Assembly (NCBI RefSeq): GCF_006345805.1
Contig: NC_042998.1
Coordinates: forward strand, 144,646,001 to 144,710,000
Length of the DNA stretch: 64,000 nt
DNA from: Octopus sinensis
Taxonomy: Eukaryota
Direction: 5' to 3'
Shown: in pieces, positions 40,660-53,400 of the stretch
Position numbering within the stretch: position 1 is the first letter of the stretch
Layout of the letters: each line of letters opens with the position of its first letter
The notes under the pieces: generated by a model
Told to the model about the DNA's origin: nothing
What the model saw: only the letters and a program-made list of their open reading frames with translations
Databases searched by the model: none
Made by a program: the position numbers and the translations under genes

Positions 40660-41200
40660 TGATACAGTGATGGAAGGGAGGTTGTGATAGTGTATTATAA
40701 CATCAAAGAGGAAATAGGTGGAGGGGAAGGAGAGAGAGAAAGGTGGGTGAAATAGAATAGAGTTGGTGGAGTAGGATAGAATAATTCAGGGAGATGAAGA
40801 GAAAGTACAGTGAAAGAGAGAGAGAAGGAGAAGAAGTAATGGGGTTTCATAAATTATAACAGAGAGAGTGAAAGAAAGAGAGGGAAAATGAAGAGAAATG
40901 GGGGTGGGGGAACAGGAAATGTAAGGAGGGATACAGGAAGAGAAAAGTAGGGCTGGAATGAGGGGAAGGAGAGAAAGGAGGAAGAAGAGAGAGGGGAGGA
41001 AAGGAGAGAGAAAGGAAGAGAGAGAGAGGGAGAAGGAAAAGGGGGAAGGAAGAGAGGGAACAGGGACAAAGAGAGATGTAGAGAGAGGGATATATATATA
41101 GAGGAGAGGGACAGAGAGTGAAAGGAGGAATAGAGAGAGAGAGAGAAGGGAATGAGAGATAGATAGAAAGAAAGGATAGAGAGAGGACTGTTAGAGTACA
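40660..41200. repeat. Purine-rich (GA/GGA) low-complexity tract; similar tracts at about 41650-42010 (complement), 47800-48290 and 63420-64000
   Basis: Direct reading; ORFs called here are compositional artefacts. Confidence 0.8.
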
Positions 41201-41328
41201 GATGATGATTTCAATACTCCCACCAAAGATATTTCCTATCTCCCCACTACTTCAAATAAATGGGATCAAAGTTGTAAAAGCAGCAGTGGAAGAGATTTCT
41301 CTTTTTCTTCCAATATTTCTCTACTTAC

Positions 41329-41559
41329 CGACACAGATTCTTGGTCAATGTTGTTGTCTGCCAACTTCTTGGAGATCTCTATATAAGCATGCTCAAGTTT
41401 ATCATGTTCCCGCTTAATTTTGTCCAGCTCCCACTGAGTTTGACTCCAACTGCGATGGGTTTCTTCCAGTTCTTTCTGCAGCACTTTGACTTGCCTATGA
41501 TAATCCACAAGATTCTCCTCTGATTTTGTTATTTCTTGCTGCCATTTTTCAAGATCAGA
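41329..41559 (-). CDS. CIT: CIT coiled-coil exon (SDLEKWQQEITKSEEN...NIDQESVS)
   Basis: ORF 41266-41565; tgtgcag acceptor, gtaagt donor, 231 nt, phase 0-0. Confidence 0.9.
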
Positions 41560-44136
41560 CTGCACAAAGAAAGTTTAAAAAGAAAAAAAAAAGCGTGTAG
41601 TTTTTTTTATGTGCTTCATAATGTAAACCGCAGGTAATAAGTACTTTCCCCATGTACTACACCTGCTCCTCACTTCCTCACTCTAGTAACCTATCCAACC
41701 ATGTCACCTCTCTCATTTGTCTCCAATCTACTTTCTCATCATTACTATTCTGCTGTTCTACATCCCCATCCCTTATTTACCATTTACTGCATCCACCCCT
41801 CAACACTTACGCTTCATTCATTACTACACTCACCCCTTCATCCATTTCCTTTCTCCCATACACTCTTGCAACCTCTAACCCACATTCTTTTTCTCCTGTC
41901 CTTACTCTCTTCCACTCACCTTTTACTTTAAGAGTCCATTCAGTGTCTTATCACCACTATTTTTATTTTTCTCAGATTCAGCTCAATCACTCCCATCTGC
42001 TCTTCTAAAATGTGAATAGTCATTAGCTCCTCTACAAAAATAAACCAAGTCTGCTCTGGCAGCTTATCTCCCAACATAAAGTCATCTCTCCTAGAGTTTG
42101 TAGCCTTGCAAGCTACTTTGTGACCTCACTAGTGCTAGTGTCATCAAAAATACACTGTGAAGTGGTTGGCCAAAGTAGACATTGGAGAATGACAGTCTTT
42201 GGAATTGAATCCTGTCAAACCAACCAATTTGCTAGTATGGAACATGGACACTAAATGATGATGATTATAATTATTATTTGAATGCACTGTTTTTGGTTTC
42301 CTTGCTGAAAGACACACAGACATACATATGCATATATACATTGGACATCCTTGTGGTTTCTGTCTAGTAATAAATTTCAGCCTCAAGGTACTGGTCAATC
42401 TATGAATATAGTAGAAGCCATTTGCCCACGATGCAGGGCAGTGGGATCAAGAACAGAACTATGCATTTAGAAAGAGAACCTCTAAACAACACAGTTACAC
42501 CTGCTGCTGAGCTAGATTCTGTACAATGTCAAGAGGGAAGGCAGTGCCCATGATTCATTACAGGGCCTCCAAAATGGAGGAGAGAGAAAGGTATTTTCAA
42601 ACTAGAACCTTGAAATGAATGCTTGCATCAGAGTTAACTAAATGTACCCAATGTGCCAGGTGGTGGTGTTAAATCAAGTGAAGTAAGCAATGGTGAGATT
42701 TGAATCCAAAATGCAAACAACTGGATCAAGTACCACAAGGCATCAGGTTTAACATTCTTATAGTTCCACCAATCGAATATCCTGGATTGGTACATTTTTT
42801 TATTGACCCTGAACTGAGTGCAGAAAGTTGGAAGAAATCATGCAAAGCATTTTACCTGATGTCCTAATGACTTTGCCAAATCACCACATAATTAATTATA
42901 AAAATATTTCAGTCCAACTTGATTCAATGAATCATTATTATTTATACATAACTGGCATTATGAATATCTAGATTAAATCAGTGAGCTGGCAGAATCATTA
43001 GTGTGTTGAATAAAATGCTTAGTGTTATTTCTCTTGAGACTTGTTCTGAGTGCAAATTCTGCCAACTTTACTTTTCATTCTGCCAGGGTTAATAAAATAT
43101 AGGACTAGTTAAGTACTGGGGTTGATGATATAAACTAAAAAAATCAGTGGCTTTGTGCCAAAGTTTGAAACCATCATTTATTCATACATTATACATAAAT
43201 GATATTAAAAAAAATAAAAATGGAGAAATAAAATATACACAAAAATGAGTGTGTGTGTGTGTGTGTGGTAATTAAATGAAAGATGGAGACGAAAAAGTGA
43301 AACAGATCTGTATTTGATGACATATAAAACCCCACCCCCACATAAAAATGTCTCCAAAACTCATGCCAGGTTTAATATGTAAAGCTGGGTTTCTCATAAG
43401 CTTTAATGCATCAAAATCTTCTCTCTTAAATATCAGAAAGTGTCTTCTACTATAAACCTGTGTGTGCATGTGCAGTATTGTCCCCATGCATCGACACCAT
43501 CCAATAATTGCAAAAATATGTCACAATCATATAAATGGTGTCCCTCATTTCCAATCTTCCATGGAAACATGTCTGGTCATGGGGAAATATTACCTTACTT
43601 GGAAATAAGTGAGGGTTGGTGACAAGAAAGGCATCCAACTATACAAAATCTGCTTTAACAAAATTTTGTCTGGCCTCTGTGCGCATGGGAAAGTGGATGT
43701 TAAAATGATGGTGAGTATGATGAGCTGAAATTGGGGTGTGTCTTTTATGCCATCAGATATGGTAATGATAAATATTTTGGTCAGAGAACCACTGATTTGG
43801 AGAAGGCTACAGTTGATCAAGCTGACTGCAATATAAGCATGGTAATAATTTAATCCTCCACAGTGAGATGCAAGGTGATGTAAACAATGGCAAGATTTGA
43901 ACTCAGAAAGTAAAAATGCACAATATTTAGTTTGGCATCCCACCATTTTTGAAACTTCTCCAAGATAGTGGTGGAGGTAGCAGTGAAATAAATAGAAGGC
44001 TACTTGAAAATGTGACTCATGGAGTAGGAGAAGAAAATAACTTAAAGAGGAGAAATCAAACTAATATTTTTATTCTTTAATTTTTAGAATAAAGAATTAA
44101 TCAAAAATAATTTCAAAGATTAAAAAAAAAAGTTAC

Positions 44137-44292
44137 CTGAGAGCTTTGAAGTCTATCTTCAGCTTTATCTCTCTGTGTTTTTATCTTATCAATTTGTAAC
44201 AACAGACGCTCTTTCATTTTAGATGCTTCTTCTTCCCAAGATGTTAATTCTTCTGTTAAACTTTTTACAAGTTCTTTGTTGGATTTGTCTTG
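44137..44292 (-). CDS. CIT: CIT coiled-coil exon (QDKSNKELVKSLTEEL...AEDRLQSSQ)
   Basis: tttttag acceptor, gtaact donor, 156 nt, phase 0-0. Confidence 0.9.
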
Positions 44293-45459
44293 CTAAAAAT
44301 GCCAGAAGGCAAAAATTACAAAAAATATAAAATCAAAATTAAAATGATTAGAAAAACAGAAGACAAACTAAATGATAGGACACCAGAATAAATAACTGAA
44401 AGTTATTAAAAAAATATAAAATTTTCTGGTTATTTTTCATGTTTCTTTCTCAATTTATAAGACATTTTTAAGTGAGTTGAAGAGTTGAAAATTCTAAATA
44501 AATTAAAAACAAAAATTTCTGATAAAAATTTTGTTTTTCTTAGCAATCTCAAATATTAACAAATTATATATCTATGTTTGATGGCTGCAATTTTGTGAAA
44601 ATTATGTTGGAGATTTTGTTAGTATTTGTGCTTAGAACACACTGAGCTTACAACCCCACCCCTACTGCTTCTTGTCAACTGTTCCCGAGCAGTGTTTATA
44701 TTTTTGACACTGTTGATACCACCCTACTGAATGGTACTGCTCAGGTGTTGAAACTATAATGATATCTGTTAAATAGCTGAAGATGTGAAGTCTACATTTG
44801 TTGTGTTTGTTCATTTGTATATGTTTTTAGTAGTAAACTTTTTTTTCTTGTATTTTCATTGTTTTGGAGTTATTTTCTATGGAAATTCTAGTTCCATTAA
44901 AGGTTAGACTTGTTCAGGGAATTTATAGTTTATGTTGGTTTTGTAGCATAAAATAACATTGATTTCTACAAATTTTGAGGGAGGGTATAGTCAATAGTCA
45001 ATTATATCGACCCTGGAAAGATGGAAGCCAAAACTGACCTTAATGGGGGTGTGAACTCAGAATGCCAAGATTTACGGCTAAATATTGCAAGAATTCCTTA
45101 CACAAAACATCTAAAATCCCAAATATCAAATATTAGATTGATTCATTTTAAATAAAGCCCAGTCCATGACCCCTTACAGGGTCTCCAAGACTGGTGGAAG
45201 AGAGAGAGAGATTGCATGGTTTTCTGAAACAGGAGACCTGGCCTGAATGCATGCAACAGTGGGGTCCACTAAAGGTATCCAAAATGCCAAGTGATTTAAG
45301 TCTACCACTGATGTAGGCTATGGTAGGATTTGAACTCAGAACAATGTGGGAACAAATACTGCAAGGGGTTCTATCTGATGCTCTAATGATTCTTCCTCAT
45401 TCACTGCTATTTGGTAGAGGAGTTCAGAATAAGCTGATAGGAAATGTATTCTTTCACAC

Positions 45460-45592
45460 CTTTTTAATGTTTTCTTTTAAGGCAGTTATGTTGCTTTGGT
45501 ATTCTTCAACAATATGTTCCAGTGTAGACACACGAGCTTCTAGATGAGCTTTATCTTGTTGGAGTATTTGAATTTTCTCTTCTGTCTTTTCG
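45460..45592 (-). CDS. CIT: CIT coiled-coil exon (EKTEEKIQILQQDKAHLEARV...KENIKK)
   Basis: tttttcag acceptor, gtgtga donor, 133 nt, phase 2 to 0. Confidence 0.9.
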
Positions 45593-46519
45593 CTGAAAAA
45601 TTAAGAAGAAAAAAGAAACACCTCATAATTAGTATCAAACATACTCTGCAGTTGTCTCTCTTCTCTCTCTCAACAATATGCTAGTTCTCATTCCTATTTT
45701 TCCTCCCTAGCCTTCTCTACTGCTCCATATCCATTACCCATGTCTCACTTCTATAAATCATAGTGATCCTCACACCAACTGCATCCAACTTTCTTTTCAA
45801 TTTCAGCGACACTCCCCTCTTCATTATAGCATGCCACTAAATACCCAGAACATCTCACATGTATATTTCACTCTAGCCTCTGTCACTATATTCTACCCTC
45901 TTTTTTCTACAACAAAAACAACAGCTGATGCTGCTACCAATAGACATCAATTTTCCATGCTGGTATGGTTAGACGTTTTGGTTGGAGATAGTGAGCAGGA
46001 GAGCTGCACCAAGCTCCAATTTGTTTTGGCTTGGTTTCTATGGCTGGATGCCCTTCTAAATGCCAACCACTCCACAAAGTGTACTGAGTACCTTTTATGT
46101 GTCACTGGCATGGGTGCCTTTTACGTGTCAAACATTTTCACATTTTCCATTCTCATGCCATTTCCAAGATCCAACTTCACATTCTCTCACCTGCAGCCCA
46201 ATTATTTACACACATTATACTTAAATGTTGCTGTTACATTGGTTAATAATCTTCACACATTGCTTCATACACTACATATTCAATGAATCTAGCTAGCATA
46301 TATTCAACATTTACGGAAGCTTACTACAACACCTTTTCTGTACATTATAGTTGTAGGTCATTCCTGTTCTTTCCACCTTGCTACAAACTTTACCACTTGC
46401 TCTGGCTTTTGTCTTTCTGATATTTACTTTATACTTTATTTTTCCACTATACAATCCTGCCATCTATTTATATTTTCTTTCCATCTATACTTTCTGTTTT
46501 TAACACCATAACATCTGTG

Positions 46520-46900
46520 TACAGCAATTCCCTCCTTTACATTTTGAATCAGCACCTCCACTTAACTACAAATAGTAGCAGGCATAAGACTGGCTCCTGA
46601 TGTACTCCAACATTCACAGAGAATGATGGGAATTGAGCTGGTGATGGATGTAGTGAAGAGAAATGTGATGAAATGATGAGGTCATGTGCTGAGAAAGGAT
46701 GAAAATGACTGGGTGAAAAGAGTGATGAAAATGAATGTAGAAGTAGATGACCAAGAAAGATATAGCTAAAGATGGACAAAGTGAGGATAGAGATTATGAA
46801 TGGATACAAACAATCAAGCAAAAAGGGGTCAGCTTTGTAGATCATGGGGACCACAAAACTTAACACCTGTGTTGGCAGGAAAAATGACCTTAGTACACTT
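46520..46900 (+). mobile_element. Degenerate RTE-like LINE fragment
   Basis: GHVLRKDENDWVKRVMKMNVE at 46680-46742, with flanking stop codons. Confidence 0.55.
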
Positions 46901-46997
46901 GTTGAGTTAGCAAAAAATAAAGGACAGACCAACCGAAAAAAATGTTTTCTTGAAATTGTGAAATTATTCATTAAAATAGATGGATTCAGAGACATCA

Positions 46998-47164
46998 TAT
47001 TTACTCATGTATAAATGGTACCCCTAATTTAGTGTTAAATCTTGGTACAAAATTTTTCCTTCATATTCAAACTTGATATCAGCTTTGTCCTCTGTATAAA
47101 TCACACTGTAGATTTTTTGGTTAAAATCTAGTATAAAATAGTGAAACCTATACACAAGTAAATA
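46998..47164. mobile_element. pogo/Tigger-like MITE
   Basis: tatttactcatgtata ... tatacacaagtaaata inverted repeat (14/16 match). Confidence 0.55.
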
Positions 47165-47409
47165 GGTATTTTTTGGTCACATTCTTATGTAGTAAGAATA
47201 ATTTTAGCAGTACATTAGTCCAATCAACAAGACTTACACTTTATGGAAGCAGGCGAGAGTTAGTAATAGAAAAGTCTCCAGCCACAGAAAATCTCAAATT
47301 TTCCTCTGACCCATGCAAGCATGGAAAAATGGACATTAAAATAAGACGGTATGTGTGTGTGTCCGTGTCCGTCCACCATACATAAAGCCCTATTAATTAA
47401 ATTGATAAC

Positions 47410-47507
47410 CTAGTTTCATGCAAATTGTCTGAATTTTCAACAGTTGAATCTTCAGCAATATCTTGGTATTTATCAGTTATTGAGAAAGAAGAAGGGTGAA
47501 GGTAAAC
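47410..47507 (-). CDS. CIT: CIT alternative exon B (VYLHPSSFSITDKYQDIAEDSTVENSDNLHET-S)
   Basis: tttatttcaatttatactag acceptor, AG|gttatc donor (weak), 98 nt, open, phase 0 to 2. Confidence 0.65.
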
Positions 47508-48560
47508 CTAGTATAAATTGAAATAAAGCACAGCACAATATAACTGAATCTTTAATTAACAAATCTTAATGTTGCTTGGTAACTAAATGTGGAATTTCAC
47601 AACACTATCATAATGCAGTCACACTATCATTATCATTTTATATCCATGTTCTAAGCTGTAGTGTCTGCTTTAACATGGTTTCTACAGCTGGAAGCTTCCC
47701 TAATGCCAACTACTTTATAGCATGCACTGAATACTATTTTTAAAGGTACCAGTACTAGTGAGATTGTCATGCAGCTTGCAAGACTACAAACCTCAAGAGG
47801 GATGGTTTTATGCAAAAAGATCAGAGGTTAAAGAATGAGAAAAGGGGCCAGAGCAGAACGGGTTTCTTGCTGCAGAGGGACTATATAGCTATTCCTGTTT
47901 TAAAAGAGAGGGTGGCAAGCAATTAGGGTGGAGCAGGAAAGAGATGAAAATAGCAGTGATAAGGCATCTGTGGGGACCCTCAAGGTGAGTAGAAGTGAAT
48001 GGGAACAGAAGAAATGGGAGTGTGGATGGTTGGAAGTTTCAAGTGAATGAAGGATATGTGTTGAGTGGATAAGTAGGGGAGGTAGGGAAAGTTAGGTGAC
48101 AACTGTAGAGATTGAGTAGGATTGAGGGATATAAATAGTGAATGGTGGATAAGGGGTAAGGGTGACCGATGAAGGGGGAGTAGCAGAATAGTAAGGATGG
48201 CACTGTATTGGAGAAAAGTGGAGGGAAAGAGAAAGATGCTGAATGGTTGGATGGGTTGCATGAATGCAGGTGTGAAGAAAGGGGCAGGCATATAAGGTTT
48301 CTTTTAGTTTTTATCTACCAAATCCACTCACAAGGTTTTTGTTGGCCTGGGAATACATAAGACACTGGGTAAAGCTGATCTGCATTCAAATTGAACCTGA
48401 AATCATGTTGTTGGGAAGCAAAATCCTTAACCAAGTAGCCATGAAGAAAAAAAAAACAAAGGGAAAAAAAGAAAGTAAAGGCACCCACACACACAACCTC
48501 CCCCCCCACCACCACAGTATTCACTTGGTCTTTTCAATGAAGTTGAAGAAAATAGCTTAC

Positions 48561-48625
48561 TTTGTTTCTGCTGATCTGCCCTGCATTCGATTTACACTCA
48601 CAGATCGAGATAATGGAAGAGAGAC
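48561..48625 (-). CDS. CIT: CIT alternative exon A (VSLPLSRSVSVNRMQGRSAET-N)
   Basis: ttttatttttataacag acceptor, gtaagc donor, 65 nt, phase 0 to 2; internal alternative donor TCT|gtgagt after 24 nt. Confidence 0.72.
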
Positions 48626-49276
48626 CTGTTATAAAAATAAAACATAATTACTTTAACTTGTTTAACTTGAGGCAATCTACAAAGTCACAACAATATACAC
48701 ACATAGCGGCCTGGGGTTAGGGTGTTCTTATTTTTAACTTTGATTCAGTCATTGAACAGCGGCCATGCTGGGGTATCACTCTGAAGGATGTAGTTGAGGT
48801 AAATCTACCCTTGTAAGTTTTAAGTCTGCTACTTATTTTATTAGCTTCTGTTGCTGAACTGCTGTATTATGGGGACAGAAACAAAGCAACACCATTTGTC
48901 AAACAGTGGAGATAGGATGCATATGAATATGCACATATACATACAATAGGTTTCCACACACTCAACCAAATTCATTCACAAGTTATTGGTTGGCTCAGGG
49001 CTGTAGAAGATATTTACCCCAGGTGCCATGCAGTGAGACTGAAACCCAAACCACATGGTTGCAAAGTGAACTTCTTAATCACACAGCCATGTCTGCAGCT
49101 ATTAACTCTTTAGCTTGTTTCAACTTTAAAGCTGTAGTCATGCAGGGGCACCACTGTTGTAAAATTAACTTTGGGTCACTAAATCTATATCTGTATATTT
49201 AATGAAACATGTTTTAAAGAAAATCTACAACACTTCTGTTTAATATGAGACCTCTATAATAAAATGGGAATATCTT

Positions 49277-49779
49277 TACAGCTATGGTGCGACCACACTT
49301 GGAATTCGCATCATCAGTTTGGAATCCCTATCTTGCTCAGAACATTGACCTCCTGGAATCTGTCCAGAGACGTGCAACCAAACGCATACCCTCCATCAGA
49401 CACCTACCATATTCTGAGCGCCTTGTTTCCCTGGGCATGGATTCACTGAAGCTCCGGCGTCTGGCGACGGACTTGGTAAACACCCACAAGGTTATCAACC
49501 ACCTCAACAACAACAACACTGAACACCTTTTTGATCTCCATGTGTCTAACACACGTGGACATGCCTACAAAGTCAGAAAACAACACAGCTCCCATGACTT
49601 TCGGAAACATTTTTTCACGCTCAGAGTTGCTGAAGCATGGAATAAACTGCCTGCGTCAGTTGTTGACTGCCATGACACTGCATCCTTTAAGGACCTCATG
49701 CTTTCCGAAATCCGCCAAAACTACACCTGATTATATATACACTTTAGATGAGTTGTAGTGCACCTGAGCACTGTACACA

Positions 49780-49808
<29 letters not shown>
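49277..49808 (+). mobile_element. 5'-truncated copy of the same CR1/L2 LINE (ORF2 C-terminus, 3'UTR, ATT tail)
   Basis: Nearly identical to 53985-54485; ORF 49284-49730 MVRPHLEFASSVWNP...RVAEAWNKLPASVV. Confidence 0.95.
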
Positions 49809-49811
<3 letters not shown>

Positions 49812-50108
49812 AATATATATATATATATGAAAAATACTGTTCTCTTCAGTTCCCCTTCTCTGCATAAATGGTCACCCTTTATCTACCACAACACTTGTTC
49901 TTCCTTCGTTATATTCACCCTCTCACCCACTCCCCATTGCTCAATCTCCCATTTACTAGTCCATGTCATGCAGTAAGACAGAATCTGAGACCACAACCTT
50001 GAGAAACAAGCTTCTTAACCATACAGCTATGCCTGCATGTATACCATGTCAAATAACTATGATTATGTTTCAATAAGCCATCTTAGAATTATTAAAAGAG
50101 CAACAAAC

Positions 50109-50147
50109 CTTAGCTTTAGTTTTGTTTTGTACTTCTGCTTCCAGTTC
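50109..50147 (-). CDS. CIT: CIT short exon (ELEAEVQNKTKAK)
   Basis: Long poly-T tract plus catcag acceptor, AAG|gtttgt donor, 39 nt, phase 0-0; continues the coiled coil after HKERIK. Confidence 0.78.
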
Positions 50148-50439
50148 CTGATGTAAAAAAAAGAAATAATAAAGATATACAAACAACAAAACAATTCACA
50201 TCCATTTTTCCATGATAGCATGGTTTAGACAAATATTTTATAACTGGATGCTCTCCCTGTCATGAACCCTTATTTGTCTTTCAACTGAGAGATTTCTTAT
50301 TCTATATGTCTTTGAACACACAAAATCAGGGGGCAATTTGTTGACAGAGGAAATGTCAACAATGTCATCACTTGTAACTCAGTGATTTTTGAAGTGTAAA
50401 TGTAAATGAGCATGCACGTGCAAGTGCACACACACACAT

Positions 50440-53400
50440 CGTATTGTTGTTTACATTTTCTGTCTCTACGGATGACCAGAAGCAACAGAATCGCCATGGT
50501 GGAATCCATAGCGGCGTGCGATAAGACTGGTCGCTGCTCCAAAATAGAACACTGCCCAGAAAATCACACCTGCCACATCTGTACGGAACCCGAAAATACG
50601 TTCCGTAATCGCTGGGTCGAATGTGGGACATGCCTCATCTCTGTCTGCCTCCAATGTGCCACGGACTTTCAGAAGATCCCAGGCCAAAAAAAGAGCCATC
50701 ATAATGCTATGATGGATAGACTCTGGAAGATGGTTCAGCTTAAATCTTGGACTTTTCAGTGTCAGGCCTGCGTGCCTCCACAACCGACGATTGTGTCTCC
50801 CCCTTTCACTCCCGTGGAGGAGGCGGAACAGCAACAGCAGCAACAACAAAATCAACCACAACTAGAGCAGCAGCAAACCAACAAAATCAACCACAACCAG
50901 AGCAGCAGCGCAACAAAACATCAACAACAACAGCAGCAACAACAAAAGCAACCACAACCAGAGCAGCAGCAGCAACAACAACAACACCAATTGACCAGTG
51001 CGGTTCTTGCAGAACTGCAACAATCGATCTGTGCTTTAAGAGGGGAAGTAGCAGGAATAAAAGCAACCATTCAGGTTGGACTCCACAATGAGGGGTCTTA
51101 TCGGAATGCTCTGCTGAAAAGAACCTCCCTGTACCTGTACCTCTTGTCGCATCTAAGACCGCGGATTCTGCTACCCATGAAGTCATTGCCATTGGGGTGC
51201 CTGAAGACATGGCTGATCTTCAGGCATTTGCTGCCAACTCAGCCAAAGACCTAGGCTGCGTTCCCCCAACGGGTGCTATCCGCCTTGGACGACCTGGCCC
51301 AAAACCTAGGCTCATCAAGCTGTCTTTTTCGGACCACACTGAGGCAACCTCTTACCATCTGGCCTCAGTTAAAGCTGGGCGTGAAAATCGGACCACCTTC
51401 CGAACACGCCCAGGCTTACCGTCCGATCTACGTCCGAAGCTACGTGTAGCGGCTTCCCTGAATAGGAACTCAGCTCTACAGGAAAGCTTCAGTCTTCGGG
51501 AAGATGGACAAATCTGGAGATTTGTCAAGACTGATGAAACGTGGAAGAGAGATACCAGCTGGTCTGAGTGCTCTCTACCCACAATAACTAAAAAGACTAC
51601 AGCAACTCAGGGAAACTAAGCCAGGACAATCTGCCATCCTCCACACACCATCATAAACTGTGAGCAGGGTACAAATTGTTGTCCTTAAATGCTCGCAGTT
51701 TATGCAACAAAATACATTTGTTCAACGCCTACGTCAGAAGTGTTGACCCTGACTTCATCACTGTCACGGAAACATGGGCGCATTCCTTACTCTGTGATGG
51801 GTTTTCAACATCACGGGGTACAACCTCTTCCGTAAGGACCGCACTAACCGCCGTGGTGGTGGTGTGATGGTCTACGTTCGTTCAAATTTTTTGGTAATTC
51901 CTTGTGCCGATTTGAACGAATCACAAGAAGAAGTTTTTTTCTGTGACGTACGTATGACCATGTCAACACTCCTGCTTGGCGTTGTTTATCGTCCCCCAAA
52001 TTACCATCAGGACACACAGCTTTGCAACATCCTCCGAGCTGCAGCCAGGAAAACAGCCACTTATGTGTTTATTGCAGGCGATTTCAATCATCCTGAGATC
52101 GATTGGGAAACCTTCCGTTGGCCACAGAGTGCAAACGATTTTGTTGAGCTTGTGCTGGACTCAAACTGGTCACAAGTAGTCACCTCTCCAACAAGAGGCG
52201 ACAACACCTGGACCTCTCTTCACCACAACTCCTGAAGCGGTTATCAATTGCACTACGGAGGAACCTCTAGGTGACTCTGATCATGCTATGATCATCGCCA
52301 ATCTGGCTCTTGCGGGCAACAAACACCTGAACCATCTCCAATCTGCTTCCTTCGATTGGAAGAGAGCAGATTGGAACCTGTACCACACTGAACTACAGCA
52401 CCCAAACTGGCGTGAATTCTACAACTCTGGAGATGTGAATACTATACTCCAGAGTATCCTGGACTCAATATGGGCAGTATGTGCAGCATCAGTGCCACGT
52501 AAACAAAAAAAGAAGAACCGCCCCAAAAGGGCAATTTGGGAAACTTCAGCGGTCCGACTTGCCAGGAAGGAACGTCGGACTACTGAACAGGAATACAAGT
52601 TGCATAAATCAGACATCAACAGGAAGAAGCGGAATAAATCCTCCAACCATCTCAAGCAAGTGACAAAAAATGCAGTGCTTGAATTTGAACAGTGCATAGC
52701 AGCCAATCCTGACAGCAAGGTTTTCTGGAAATATGTGCATTCAAAGCAGAGACCTCACTCTCCAGTGGGCTCTCTTTGCAACCCTCACACGAACCAGATC
52801 ACTGACGACCCCAAGGAATGCGCAGAACTCATTGCCGAGTGCTATGCAAACATATTCACTGTCGAAAGTCAAAATGTACCATCTTCACCATCACTAACAG
52901 CAAACTCCATAACAACTATGGAATTTACACCTGCAATGCTGCGACGTCACCTTCAAAATAAGCGCAACTATGCCTCCCCTGGTCTCGATGGAGTTACATA
53001 CCTGCTTCTCAAACGTGGCAGGCACTTCCTTTTACACCAGCTTTCTATTTTTTTCCAGTACTGTCTCAACAATGGTGCTACTCCGGAGCAGTGGAAAACT
53101 GCCAGTGTCATTCCTCTGTTCAAAAAGGGTGACCGCACATCACCTGTCAACTATCGCCCAGTCAGTCTCACTAGCTGTATTGCAAAACTGATGGAATCAT
53201 GTGTCAGAGAAACACTCTGGAACTTCTGGAGCTCTCACAATCTCATCCGACCCTCACAATATGGATTTGTCCCTAACTCCAGCTGCAGTGACCAGCTTGT
53301 CGAGTTCCTTGAGGACATTACTCAGATCACTGACAGTGGCTCATGGGTGGATGTTGTCTACCTTGACTTTGCTAAGGCTTTCAACTCTGTGCCACACAAA

